A stretch of DNA of 63,828 nucleotides, filler included, from Octopus bimaculoides (taxonomy: Eukaryota), in assembly GCF_001194135.2 (NCBI RefSeq). It is 5 parts of 5 records of this genome, joined end to end, with 100 filler letters (N's around TTAATTAATTAA, not from the genome) between each part and the next. Parts side by side here need not be neighbours in the genome. Positions count along the whole stretch, not along the records: positions 1 to 28,664 come from NC_069002.1; 4 more parts are not named here. One strand, written 5' to 3'. This document shows positions 1 through 12,029 of the stretch, one piece after another. The translations under genes were made by a program, and so were the position numbers. The number at the start of each line of letters is the position of its first letter. Position 1 is the stretch's first letter. The notes under the pieces are model-generated. The model saw nothing but the letters and a program-made list of their open reading frames with translations. It was not told where the DNA came from and did no database searches.

Positions 1-32
<32 letters not shown>

Positions 33-378
33 CTATATATATATATATATTATATGGATTTATATTTATATATCCACACTACACACACCTGCGTGTAATT
101 TTTGGGTGGTGGGGGTTAGAAGGATGTATTCAAACAAGCATTGTATTGATACGGATTTCAATAATGATTATATGATATTAATGAATATCAAATTGTTTTC
201 AGTCTCAACAATTAACTGCAAGACAGAAAATCTATATGGAATCTAAATGTGAATTATCAAAAACAATTTCACTTTCTAAATAATTAATTAGTTCACATCA
301 TCTCCATATTAAGTTATCAAGTTACAGTTAATTATATCTTAAATCATTCTGATACATCTCATCAAAATTTTATACTAT

Positions 379-414
<36 letters not shown>

Positions 415-580
415 TGTCAGTATATATAAATGTCTGTTTATGCAGCTTTAAGGTTTTTAACTCTTATTTCTAGCAATACAGGTGCCATTCAGCACCCTCA
501 GTCACAATTACTGATGATTAAATTTTTCCTTTATGGTTTTATATTGTGTGTAGCTGCTTATATTAATATGTAAATATATA

Positions 581-621
<41 letters not shown>

Positions 622-1473
622 NNNNNNNNNNNNNNNNNNNNNNNNNNNNNNNNNNNNNNNNNNNNNNNNNNNNNNNNNNNNNNNNNNNNNNNNNNNNNNN
701 NNNNNNNNNNNNNNNNNNNNNNNNNNNNNNNNNNNNNNNNNNNNNNNNNNNNNNNNNNNNNNNNNNNNNNNNNNNNNNNNNNNNNNNNNNNNNNNNNNNN
801 NNNNNNNNNNNNNNNNNNNNNNNNNNNNNNNNNNNNNNNNNNNNNNNNNNNNNNNNNNNNNNNNNNNNNNNNNNNNNNNNNNNNNNNNNNNNNNNNNNNN
901 NNNNNNNNNNNNNNNNNNNNNNNNNNNNNNNNNNNNNNNNNNNNNNNNNNNNNNNNNNNNNNNNNNNNNNNNNNNNNNNNNNNNNNNNNNNNNNNNNNNN
1001 NNNNNNNNNNNNNNNNNNNNNNNNNNNNNNNNNNNNNNNNNNNNNNNNNNNNNNNNNNNNNNNNNNNNNNNNNNNNNNNNNNNNNNNNNNNNNNNNNNNN
1101 NNNNNNNNNNNNNNNNNNNNNNNNNNNNNNNNNNNNNNNNNNNNNNNNNNNNNNNNNNNNNNNNNNNNNNNNNNNNNNNNNNNNNNNNNNNNNNNNNNNN
1201 NNNNNNNNNNNNNNNNNNNNNNNNNNNNNNNNNNNNNNNNNNNNNNNNNNNNNNNNNNNNNNNNNNNNNNNNNNNNNNNNNNNNNNNNNNNNNNNNNNNN
1301 NNNNNNNNNNNNNNNNNNNNNNNNNNNNNNNNNNNNNNNNNNNNNNNNNNNNNNNNNNNNNNNNNNNNNNNNNNNNNNNNNNNNNNNNNNNNNNNNNNNN
1401 NNNNNNNNNNNNNNNNNNNNNNNNNNNNNNNNNNNNNNNNNNNNNNNNNNNNNNNNNNNNNNNNNNNNNNNNN

Positions 1474-1499
<26 letters not shown>

Positions 1500-1506
<7 letters not shown>

Positions 1507-1690
1507 CAAATAGTAAATGAGTATATGCATATATACGTACAGGTATGTGCATACCGACATCCACCTGTATGTATAGGTGCATATCTGGGTACAAGACATT
1601 GCAAACAAACGTAGACGAGAAAACACAAGCCACATAGAGAACATTCTACTTCATCAGCGACGCATCGTTAAAACGGCTCATCCCATATAT
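1500..1690 (-). mobile_element. Dispersed repeat, Penelope pLTR-like family (also at 62279-62611 and 62770-63200)
   Basis: Shares atatctgggtaca(a/t)gac and ctga(t/c)gaag...ctct(a/tt)atgt blocks with the 62.3-63.2 kb copies; the Penelope assignment is inference. Confidence 0.4.
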
Positions 1691-1854
1691 ATCTGTATGT
1701 GCATGGTGGGGGAGGTAGTGCCATATGTTACATTTTCAATCATACAGACGCCAGTTTTCCTTGAATGCCAAGCAATAGCTCACAGTTTGGTGACAGAAAT
1801 CGGTCAGTTTCATTCATGGACAGTTTGATATATTAAGTTAAGGTGGTGTGTGCG

Positions 1855-2410
1855 GGGGAGGAGGGCAGGAGAGAATTTGGTGATTGTTAAGGATAGAAAT
1901 AAAGAAATAATATCTAGGAGATGAGAATAGAAACAGAAATGGTGGGTGATTAGAGAAAGAGGGGGGAATGAGAGAGAGAAGAGGAAGGAGGAGAAGAAGA
2001 GTGAGAAGAAAGGAAGAAAATGAAAAATAAAAAGTTGATAAATAAAATGAAGAAAATGACAAATAGATAACAACGAACAAGAGGGAGAAGAAAATGATGA
2101 TGATGATGATGAGGGAGAAGAATAAGATGATAGTGAGGGGGAGGAGGAAGAGAAGGAGGGGAAGAGGGTGAAATGAGAGAAGAAGAAGAAAAAGACAGGA
2201 AAAGAAGAGGAAGAAGAAGATGAAAAACAAAGAAGAAAAAATAAAGAGGGGCTGAAGAAGGAAAAGAGGGAGTGGAAGATGTAAAACGATGAAGAAGAAA
2301 TGATAAAAGAAAGAAGAGGAGGTAGAAGAGGAAAAGGAGAGAAATAAAGAAGAAAAAGTAAAAGAAGAAAAGGGGGAAGAAGAAGAGGTGGGGGTAAGAA
2401 GTGTAAGTGG
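1855..2410. repeat. Polypurine (GA/GAA-rich) low-complexity tract
   Basis: About 550 bp almost devoid of C on the + strand; produces the spurious F/S/L-rich ORFs. Confidence 0.9.
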
Positions 2411-2672
2411 TTGCTAAATGACAACAGGAAGCCTCCTGTATAATTAAACAGTTTAATTGTTAGGCCATGCTAATTGTTCCATCTCAGATATATCAGTTTA
2501 TTTTGTTCAATCAATGGATCGAGTTGTGAAATTCTTCAGCAGTCTGTCCATTTATTTACTCATCAAAGAATGGTGGTAATTTTATTTATTTTTTATTCAC
2601 CTTAAAAACTATCAAAATACTTGCTTTACCAAAATAATTCCAGATATCAACAAGCTTCTGTCCTACTAATGA

Positions 2673-2912
2673 CATCATCATCATCATTGTCATTTAACGT
2701 CCACTCTCCATGCTGGCATGGGTTGGATGGTTTGACTGAGGACTGGCAAGCTAGGAGGCTGCACCAAGCTCCAATCTGATTTGGCTAGGTTTCTACAGCT
2801 GGATGCCCTTCCTAATGCCAACCACTCTGAGAATGTAGTGTGTGCTTTTTACATGCCATTGACACGAGTGCCAGTCAGGCGGCACTGGCATCGGTCATGC
2901 TCAAATGGTGCT
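2673..2912 (-). mobile_element. RTE-family LINE 3' UTR/tail fragment
   Basis: Matches the tail joined to RTE RT coding sequence at 15985-17165 and 49678-51032; ends in ttaaa(c/t)g(atg)n. Confidence 0.8.
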
Positions 2913-2964
2913 TTTTTATCTTACTAAACCAATCTATTAGTATAAATATGCTTTCTTTGTATTT

Positions 2965-3000
<36 letters not shown>

Positions 3001-3059
3001 ATAATTTTGGTGATGCAAGCAAAGACAATTGAACTCGAAAACATGTGTATGCCTCTGTA

Positions 3060-3310
3060 TTCTTTTCTTTGTTTGACTGTGGCCATGCTTGACTGTGTCA
3101 TTTGACTGTGGCCATGCTTGAGCACCGCCTTGGAAGGTTAAAACCTTCCAATGAATCAAGCCCAGGACTTATTTTTCTTGAACCTGGTACTTATTTTATC
3201 GGTCTCTTTTTACTGAACCGCTGAGTTATGGTGATGTAAACACACCAACACTGGTTGTTCAGCAGTGGTGGTTGTGGGGACAAACAAAGACATAAAGACA
3301 TGCACACATA
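3060..3310 (-). mobile_element. SINE family C (tRNA head, CORE-like body), 3' half
   Basis: Homologous to full copies at 22350-22720 and 44040-44380. Confidence 0.75.
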
Positions 3311-3397
3311 GATATATACATATTTATATATATATATATATAGATATATACATATTTATATAAAGACACGCATACATAGATATATACATATTTATAT

Positions 3398-3560
3398 ACT
3401 CTCTGAGTGGTTGGCGTTAGGAGGGGCATCCAGCTGTAGAAACTCTGCCAAATTTAGATTGGAGCCTGGTGTTGCCATCCGGTTTCACCAGTCCTCAGTC
3501 AAGTCCTCCGACCCATGCTAGCATGGAAAGCGGACGTTAAACGATGATGATGATGATGAT
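3398..3560 (+). mobile_element. RTE 3' tail fragment
   Basis: actctctgagtggttggcgttagg...cggacgttaaacgatgatgatg. Confidence 0.85.
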
Positions 3561-4639
3561 ATACATATTTATAATCCACTCAGAATGCTTTGATCAGCCT
3601 GAGGAAGATGGAAACAAAAAGAAGCCTAATATATGTATATGTGTGTGTATGCGGATGCACATATGAATGTAGTCTGTGTGTGTGCGTATATGATAGTGTG
3701 AGTGAGCTTGTATTTCTGCTCATTGTCAAAGGTGTTTGCTGATTGCAAACAAATGCTTTGCTGTTCATACAGGTGAAGTCCTCTGCTTCCAGTCAGGTGG
3801 AAAAGCATGTCAAGGCTTCTTGACATCTGGTTCCATCTTTGTAAACAAAAAGTTCATTCACACAGTGTTGTTTGTTTCCAGTTCTTCACGTAAGCACGTC
3901 TGGGTTGTTTGTTGTTTGATAAACTTGAAGGTTATTACCTTGTTTGGAAACAGATGTGGGGATGGGGGTAGTGTCAGGAAGAGAATCTGACCATAGAAAG
4001 TTCTGCCCCAACTTATTCTTGTCTGACCAGTGGATATACAACAGAGGAGATATAATATGGGTATATGCTAAGATGATGATGAGGTGGAAGTGGTGATGAT
4101 GATGAAGAAATTATGTGACTAAAAAGTCATGAAACCAATGAGCATACCACTGAATTAAAGCAATTGTCCTTTAACTCAGATCTGTTAAAGAAACCATTTT
4201 GAGAAATATGATATTGAAGCCTTTATTACAAAATGTTGTTTCTTTGTCATAGAAATATTACTTGTTGAACTGGATTATTTTCTTCATTTCCATATAATTT
4301 GGTTTGTTTTCTTTTGTTTTCCCACTGGGGTACAGTATTGCAAAACTAACAGAACAATCTTTAAATTTACAGTGTTTCCACTGCTTGCACACCAGTCAAT
4401 AATCCCTATCTCTATTTGTGGTAATGTTATGCATGAAAATATTTAGATTTCATACATGAAAGTGGTGGACTTTAGGATGTCTTTTCTTTTATTTGTAACA
4501 AAGTCAAGTTTTATGTTGCTGACAATAAAAGAAACTTTTTTTCACATGAAAAGGACCAGCTTGGTATGTCTGTAACAAACTAAAAGATGTGTGCCAAACA
4601 TGCTGTATTGTCTCTCTCTGTTTTTTTTTTACTGTTGCT

Positions 4640-4800
4640 TCTATAATGGCCTCCGTTCCTCAGAGTGAACTAGCTCCTTACCCCCTCTCCATTCAGGCAC
4701 CTCTGATCCACTCATTTTTTCATCTCTCGTCACTCTCAGTACATCAAACCGTCTTCATTCTCACATTATGCTAAATCCTTTCTTCCCAGAACATTTTCCC
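4640..4800 (-). mobile_element. Decayed RTE ORF2 C-terminal fragment
   Basis: Minus strand reads ...VTRDEK/NEWIRG, similar to the RTE motif GVTRxDxIRNExIRG. Confidence 0.4.
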
Positions 4801-5391
4801 TCTGCAATCAACTCCCTTTTTGTGTTTTTGACGTATGTTTTGCTCTGTAATAGTTTAAAGGAAACATTAACACAATCAACATCTCTGGTCTCAAGAGGTC
4901 AATTGAAATCAAGGGCACTGCCCTTTCCTCCAGGTACAAACAAAAAGAAAAACAAAAAAAAAAAGACACTAAAAAATCCCTGAGTGTTCAGCCCTGAGTG
5001 ATCAGCCTTGCTAAACAATAACAATACCAAACTCATGGTTTTAATGTTTGCAATGAGATTCTTTAGCCATGTGGTCATCATTCACTGACCTCTAATGGAG
5101 ACACTACATTGGGGTACAGCCACAAAATAGAAAATTGAACAATGACAAGTTAAGGTTTGGAGGAATTGGTTTTGTTGCATTTGAGATTCTGTGACCTCTG
5201 ATTGTCAGAGATCTTTCAAATTCTCAAATGCAACATAATGAAGAGTAAAAAAACAATTGAAACCAAAAGTTCCATAGAATAGACCAATTCTGCAAACCAT
5301 TTCTGCAGAGTATGTTGTCCTGGAAACCAAAACAAACCCTTAGATAAGGATAAAGTTGTTGATAAAAGAGGAAACTTTTCAACCAAATTAC

Positions 5392-5565
5392 CTGTTCTGC
5401 CATCATTGAATGCTATCATCTGACCTTTCGGATGATGTGGGTTATACCAAATGATAATTTCCTTTAAGTCCGGATCATAGACTGTGTCATCGGTTATAAT
5501 ATCAATTGGAGACTGGTGATTCCCTGCAGCACAGATATTATAATTTGCATGCCATGTGTGAATGC
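5392..5565 (-). CDS. Alpha-carbonic anhydrase family, internal coding exon (N-terminal part of the CA domain)
   Basis: ttttcag acceptor, gtaatt donor, 174 nt, phase 1-1. Encodes (G)IHTWHANYNICAAGNHQSPIDIITDDTVYDPDLKEIIIWYNPHHPKGQMIAFNDGRT, with QSPIDI, YDPxL and an NNGH-equivalent NDGR. Confidence 0.92.
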
Positions 5566-5738
5566 CTGAAAAATATGTAACAGCCCATTGAATTTATCAT
5601 CATCGTTACTATAATTGTTATCATTATTAATATTATTTCAATTGTAGGTACAGGGCTGAAATTTTTGTGGGGAGAGGTGGCGGGGTGGGGGTGACTTTAT
5701 TAGAAAGAACAATTATTATTATTATTATTATCATCATC

Positions 5739-5953
5739 AAAGTGGCAAACTGGCAGAATTGTTAGTATGCCAAGCAAATTGCTTAGCAGTATTTCATCCG
5801 TCTTTACGTTCTGAGTTTAAATTCTGTTGAGGTCGACTTTGCCTTTCATCCTTTCAGGGTCAATAAGTTCAGTACCAGTGAAACACTGGGGTTGATGTAA
5901 TCAACTAGTCCCTTCCCAACAAAATTTCAGGCTTTGTGCCTATAGTAGAAAGG

Positions 5954-6051
<98 letters not shown>

Positions 6052-6826
6052 CATCATCATCATCATCATCATCATCAAGGCAGTGAGCTGGCAGAATTGG
6101 ACAAGATACTTAGCAGCATTTCTCCCATTGCTACATTCTGAGTTCAAATTCTGTTAAAATTAACTTTGCCTTTCATCCTTTCGGGGTTGGTAAATTAAGT
6201 CAAGTGCTGGGGTCAATGTGATCGATTGTCCCCCTCCTCCAAAATTTCCAGCGTTGTGCCTTAAGTAGAAAGGAGTATTATTAATATTATTGTTGTTGTT
6301 GTTGCTGTTATTATTATTCTTATTAAGGTGACAAGTTGGCAGAATCGTTAACTGATTGGGCAGAATGTTTAGTGGCATTTTGAGTCTTTACAATCTGAGT
6401 TCAAATTCCACCAAATTCGACTTTGCCTTTCATCCTTTTGGGATCGATAAAATCAAGCACAGGGGTTGATTTAACCAACTTAACCCCTCCCCCAAAGCTG
6501 CTGTCTTTGTGCCAGAATTTGAAACCATTATTATTATTACTATTATTATTATTGATTAAGGCGGCATGCTGGCAGAAACGTTAGCACGCTGGGTGAAATG
6601 CTTAGCGGTATTTCATCTGCAGCTACATTCTAAGTTCAAATTCCACCAGGGTCAACTTTGCCTTTCATCCTTTTGGGGTCAATTGAATAAGCACCCGTTA
6701 CACACTGGGGTCAATGTAATCAATTTAATCCCTTCCCCCAAATTTGAGGCCTTGTGCTTCCAGTAGAAAGGATGATTATTATTATTATCATTATTATTAT
6801 TATTATCATTATTATTATTATTATTA

Positions 6827-6899
<73 letters not shown>

Positions 6900-7320
6900 C
6901 ACGGCATCAAGCCAGCAGAATTGTTAGCATGCTGGGCAAAATTTTTAGGGGTATTTCATCTATCTTCACATTCTGAGTTCAAATTCTGCCGAAGTCAACT
7001 TTAGTGTTCATCGTTTGAGGGTCAATACAATAGGTACCAATTGAATGTTGGGGGTTAATGTAATCAACTTATCCCAACCACACAAAATTTTTGGCCTTGT
7101 GCCTCAAGTAGAAAGGATTAAAGGCAGGGAGCTGGCAGAATCATTAGCAAAATGCTTATCAGTTTTTCATCCATCTTTATGTTCTGAGTTCAAATACTGT
7201 TGAGGTTGATTTTTGTCTTTCATCACTTCAGGGTCGATAAAAATAAGTACTATTCAAGTTCTGGGGTCAATGCAGTCGAGTAATCTCCTTCTACAAATTT
7301 CAGGCCTGTAGTAGAAAAGA
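5739..7320 (+). mobile_element. Head-to-tail array of six SINE family A copies separated by (ATT)n/(ATC)n
   Basis: Copies at about 5739-5953, 6077-6273, 6325-6526, 6558-6771, 6901-7116 and 7120-7320. Each has aaggc..gctggcagaa, B-box-like gagttcaaattc, actttgcctttcatcc and tail agtagaaagg. Confidence 0.9.
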
Positions 7321-7374
7321 TTATCAATTATAATCCTTTCAAATGCATATACACACCACACACATGTATATTTT

Positions 7375-7530
7375 TGATAGGTTTCTTTCAGTTTCCAGTT
7401 ACCAAATCTACTTTCAAGGTTCTGGTCAGCCCAAGCCTATAGTTGAAGACACTTGCCCAAGGTTCTACACATGGGGACTGAATCTGAAAGCATGTGGTTG
7501 AGAATCAAACTTCTTACCACACAACCACAC
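7375..7530 (-). mobile_element. SINE family C, 5' half
   Basis: Reverse complement of gtgtggtaagaag...gttcagtccc...ccttgggcaagtgtctt. Confidence 0.8.
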
Positions 7531-7572
7531 TTGCACTTATATACTAATTTCTCTCTCTCTCTCTCTCTCACA

Positions 7573-7624
<52 letters not shown>

Positions 7625-7803
7625 ACACTTTAATGCCATATTGCCTGAAGAAATGAACGCATGAACAAAGACCCACCTGATGTCCATGGATATTACAGAC
7701 GACTGTAATCATCCCAGGTATGTGGACTATGGTCAGAAAAAACATTTGATTTGTGGAAATGTGCATAGCAATGCATTAAAATCTTTATAAACTCCATCCA
7801 TGG

Positions 7804-7862
<59 letters not shown>

Positions 7863-8974
7863 TACTACTACTACTATAAGGCCTGACTGTCCTTAATGTT
7901 TGCGTTTGTCGATTGTTTACTCTGTACATCCACTCTGTTGTTGTTTGTTCATTCGAAGCCCTAACTCACCACAAATTTTATATTTTTTAAATTTCTGGAT
8001 GCCACCATCTTATGAAGTTTTGTCGTTGAAAGCACAAAATGGGGCAAAGTAAAACAGTTGACAACTGATGAGGAGTTATCTTCTTTTGGTCTTTTCTCCT
8101 GTACTTATCTCTCGTATGTTTACGTATTTTTTGCTTGTTGGTGATGTCCTGTACTTAATGTGTATTTTCTATTTATTCATAATTGAACTCCACACAACCT
8201 TGTCCACAATAATTTCTTATATATATATATATATATATNNNNNNNNNNNNNNNNNNNNNNNNNNNNNNNNNNNNNNNNNNNNNNNNNNNNNNNNNNNNNN
8301 NNNNNNNNNNNNNNNNNNNNNNNNNNNNNNNNNNNNNNNNNNNNNNNNNNNNNNNNNNNNNNNNNNNNNNNNNNNNNNNNNNNNNNNNNNNNNNNNNNNN
8401 NNNNNNNNNNNNNNNNNNNNNNNNNNNNNNNNNNNNNNNNNNNNNNNNNNNNNNNNNNNNNNNNNNNNNNNNNNNNNNNNNNNNNNNNNNNNNNNNNNNN
8501 NNNNNNNNNNNNNNNNNNNNNNNNNNNNNNNNNNNNNNNNNNNNNNNNNNNNNNNNNNNNNNNNNNNNNNNNNNNNNNNNNNNNNNNNNNNNNNNNNNNN
8601 NNNNNNNNNNNNNNNNNNNNNNNNNNNNNNNNNNNNNNNNNNNNNNNNNNNNNNNNNNNNNNNNNNNNNNNNNNNNNNNNNNNNNNNNNNNNNNNNNNNN
8701 NNNNNNNNNNNNNNNNNNNNNNNNNNNNNNNNNNNNNNNNNNNNNNNNNNNNNNNNNNNNNNNNNNNNNNNNNNNNNNNNNNNNNNNNNNNNNNNNNNNN
8801 NNNNNNNNNNNNNNNNNNNNNNNNNNNNNNNNNNNNNNNNNNNNNNNNNNNNNNNNNNNNNNNNNNNNNNNNNNNNNNNNNNNNNNNNNNNNNNNNNNNN
8901 NNNNNNNNNNNNNNNNNNNNNNNNNNNNNNNNNNNNNNNNNNNNNNNNNNNNNNNNNNNNNNNNNNNNNNNNNN

Positions 8975-9004
<30 letters not shown>

Positions 9005-9006
<2 letters not shown>

Positions 9007-9440
9007 CATCATTATCATCATCATCGTTTATCATCCGCTTTCCATGCTAGCATGGGTTGGACAATTTGACTAAGGACTGACAAGCCAGAAGGCTGCACCA
9101 GTCTCCAATCTGATCTGGCAGAGTTTCTACAGCTGGATGCCCTTCCTAACGCCAACCACTCCGAGAGTGTAGTGGGTGCTTTTACATGCCACTGGCACGA
9201 GGGCCAGTCACATGGTACTGGCAATGGCCATACTCAAAAAGGTGTTTTTTACGTGCCACCTGCACGGGAGCCAGTCCAGCAGCACTGGCAACGATCTCAC
9301 TCGAATGATTTTCTAACGTGCCACCACCACAAGTGCTAGAAGGCAACGCTGGTAACAATTATGCTCAAATGGTGCTATTTACGGGCCACTAACACAGAAG
9401 CCAGACAGCTGCTCTGGCAATGAACATGCTCGGACAGTGC
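9005..9440 (-). mobile_element. RTE 3' UTR with internal ~70-bp tandem subunits
   Basis: Same tail as the other RTE copies; repeated tgccac...gccagtc...tggcaa...ctc(a/g)aatgg units. Confidence 0.85.
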
Positions 9441-9708
9441 AATAATAATGATAATAATAATAATAATAAAAATAATAATAATAATAATATTAATGTGTGG
9501 GGAAAAATGGCAATATTTATTTCATTTTCTACCCGCAAAAATTAAATAATTTAAACCAAAACAAACATCTTGCAGTTTTATTAGAGACATGGAAAAGAAT
9601 AAAAGAAAAAAAAATCAAGAAAGAAAGAAAGAAAAGGAGTGTGGGGATGGAGGAAAGAAGAGAGAGAATGAAAGAGAAATATATTAATAAAAAACAAGAT
9701 TACTTTAC

Positions 9709-9744
9709 CTACTTCTCCTTCGTAATGCCAGTCATAATATTTAG
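9709..9744 (-). CDS. Alpha-carbonic anhydrase, 36-nt exon carrying the WxY motif
   Basis: tttctccag acceptor, gtaaag donor, phase 1-1. Encodes xKYYDWHYEGEV(G) and joins in frame to 5565, giving WHYEGEVGIHTW, the CA N-terminal WxYxGxxGxxxW signature. Confidence 0.88.
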   Translation of the reverse strand, partial: LNIMTGITKEK

Positions 9745-10013
9745 CTGGAGAAATAATTAAAAGAAAAAAACAGAAAAGAAAAATTATTGGTTGTTCAGCA
9801 GGTTAAACATAAATAAATATGTAAACATTTTAAAAATAATTTTGCAACTTTTCATGTCCTTGTGTGTGTTCAAATATATTGCCTCGTTTTGTTCTTGTAT
9901 TTTGAAGTACACACACACATAGATATAAACTGCAAATAATTTCACTTGGACTTAGCAGGCTTAAAATTTACAAACACACTTTGTAGCTTAATATTTTTAC
10001 GATGTGTGTGTGT

Positions 10014-10092
<79 letters not shown>

Positions 10093-10115
10093 GAGAGAGA
10101 GAGAGATTGATAGTT

Positions 10116-10162
<47 letters not shown>

Positions 10163-10403
10163 AATATATATATATATATATTTATGTATATATAGATATA
10201 GATATATAGATATACATATACATATATTTATATACATACGTACATATATATACATATATACATATATGTGCTTACATGCATTCATACATACACCACCCAC
10301 ACACATATAATATGTATATGTGCACATATATATATTTTATAAACATATGTACACACATATATATATATATATATATTCATAAATAGATGTGTGTGTATCT
10401 GTG

Positions 10404-10437
<34 letters not shown>

Positions 10438-10757
10438 CATGTGTGTATACTCACACACACACACATATACACACACGCATACATATACACACACATGTAT
10501 ATGTTCTCCTCTCACCCATACTCCTGTACTTTGACTTCAACTTTATCATCAGAGGAAGTAGAAAAGAGTTTTTGTGCAGATAAGTTCTTTTTAATTATTA
10601 TAAGAAATAAACAACACACCTTAAACACAAAAGGACTCCAAAACATTACAGAGACAGGAAGAAAAGAATCCTTTGAGCAAAATTTGCTATAAAATAAAAA
10701 TAAAATATACTCACTTTACTCAGGAAAAACTCACCTGAGCACAATTATATATTCTTC

Positions 10758-10806
<49 letters not shown>

Positions 10807-11201
10807 TACATATATATAAATATATGTGTATTTTTTCAATGTGTACAAATAACATGGTAAAAATAAATAAATAGTTCCAGGGTAGCAAAAATTCACATAA
10901 GTGCCAAGGTAGAAATTCCAGGGTTAAGTGAAATGTTGTTGTATAACATAGGTAAATTAAGGAATGGAGGGAAACACAGGTATTATTCAAATCGTTACAC
11001 TTCCAATATATATTATGAAGAATGCATTGATGTTATTCCGGAGGGAATAATGATGTAAATGGTGTAAAACAAGGCAATCATCTTATCAGGGGAAAAAAAG
11101 AGAGAAGGAAAAGAGAAACATATATATACATATATGTGTGTATGTATAAAAAAAAAAAGAAATGACACAAGGAAAACAAAAGTTGTGTTATGAGCTTTGT
11201 T

Positions 11202-11279
11202 AGCTTACAGCTGTTTCTGCTATTAGATGTATACACTTAGTTGAGTTGCTGAGTAATATCCTATAGCTTCATCAGAGCC
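11202..11279 (-). ncRNA. Penelope-type type I hammerhead ribozyme motif
   Basis: GGCT-CTGATGA-A-GCTAT(long loop)ATAGC-A-GAA-ACAGCTGT-A-AGCT; stems I and II pair, stem III is palindromic, GUA site. Confidence 0.6.
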
Positions 11280-11459
11280 TCGAATATGAAATGAAAATTA
11301 TTCAGGAAAAAAAGAATTACTTGTTTGGAACATACACGGAAAGCATTGCTAGTGAGAAAATCATTGTTGATGTTTATGGAGAAGTGTGTTAGAAAGGTGG
11401 TGAGATTTGTTATACATGAACAATGACTTTCTCACTGGTGATGTTTCCTTGACCATTAC

Positions 11460-11890
11460 AAAGCATATCATTTAGCATCTGCTTTCCAAGCTGGCATTGG
11501 TTGGATGATTTGACTAGAACTGGTAAGCTGGAGAGTTGCACCATTCCAGTCTGATTTCTACAGCTGGATGCCCTTCCTAACTCTAACAAGAGTGTAATGG
11601 GTACTTGTTACATATCACTGGTATGGGTTGTTTTTGTGTGCCACTGGCACAGGTGCTCTTACGTACCACTGGCATGAGTGCCAGTGATGTGACGCTGGCA
11701 TCGGCCATGACTATGATTTCATTTGACTTGTCAAGTCTTCTCAAGCACAGCACATCACCAAAGGTCTCAGTCATTTGTCATTGCTTCTGTGAGGCTCAGC
11801 ATTCGAAGACCATGCTTCACCACCTTGACTCATGTCTTCCTGGGTCTACCTCTTTCAGAGGTTCCTTCCACAGTTAGAGTTCAGCACTTC
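11460..11890 (-). mobile_element. RTE LINE 3' end (ORF2 C-terminus plus UTR), decayed
   Basis: Minus strand TLTVEGTSERGRPRKT...LTEAMT..DLW..AVLEKT followed by the RTE tail. Confidence 0.85.
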
Positions 11891-12029
11891 CTACATTGTT
11901 TCCTGAATGTCACTAAAACTCCTGTTTTTATTTTTTTAAACTGGTTGTGAAGGAATATTTTCTTTGTCATCTTGCAGCTTCGTAAACCTTCTAAAGTCAT
12001 CATAGGTGGAAAGGTCTCATTGTCTTCAC

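Noticed and set aside
508-1644. Long ORFs in the supplied track spanning N-runs or (AT)/(AC)/(ATT)/(CAT) repeats, throughout the window
   Set aside because: Open only because Ns and simple repeats lack stops; no coding signal
3640-3900. Minus-strand C-type-lectin-like text (EDFTCMNSKAFVC)
   Set aside because: In-frame TGA stops, no fitting splice sites, and the region is part of a dispersed repeat
5095-5130. LHWG peptide resembling the CA HxHWG motif
   Set aside because: It is on the strand opposite the CA exons and is followed by a stop within four codons
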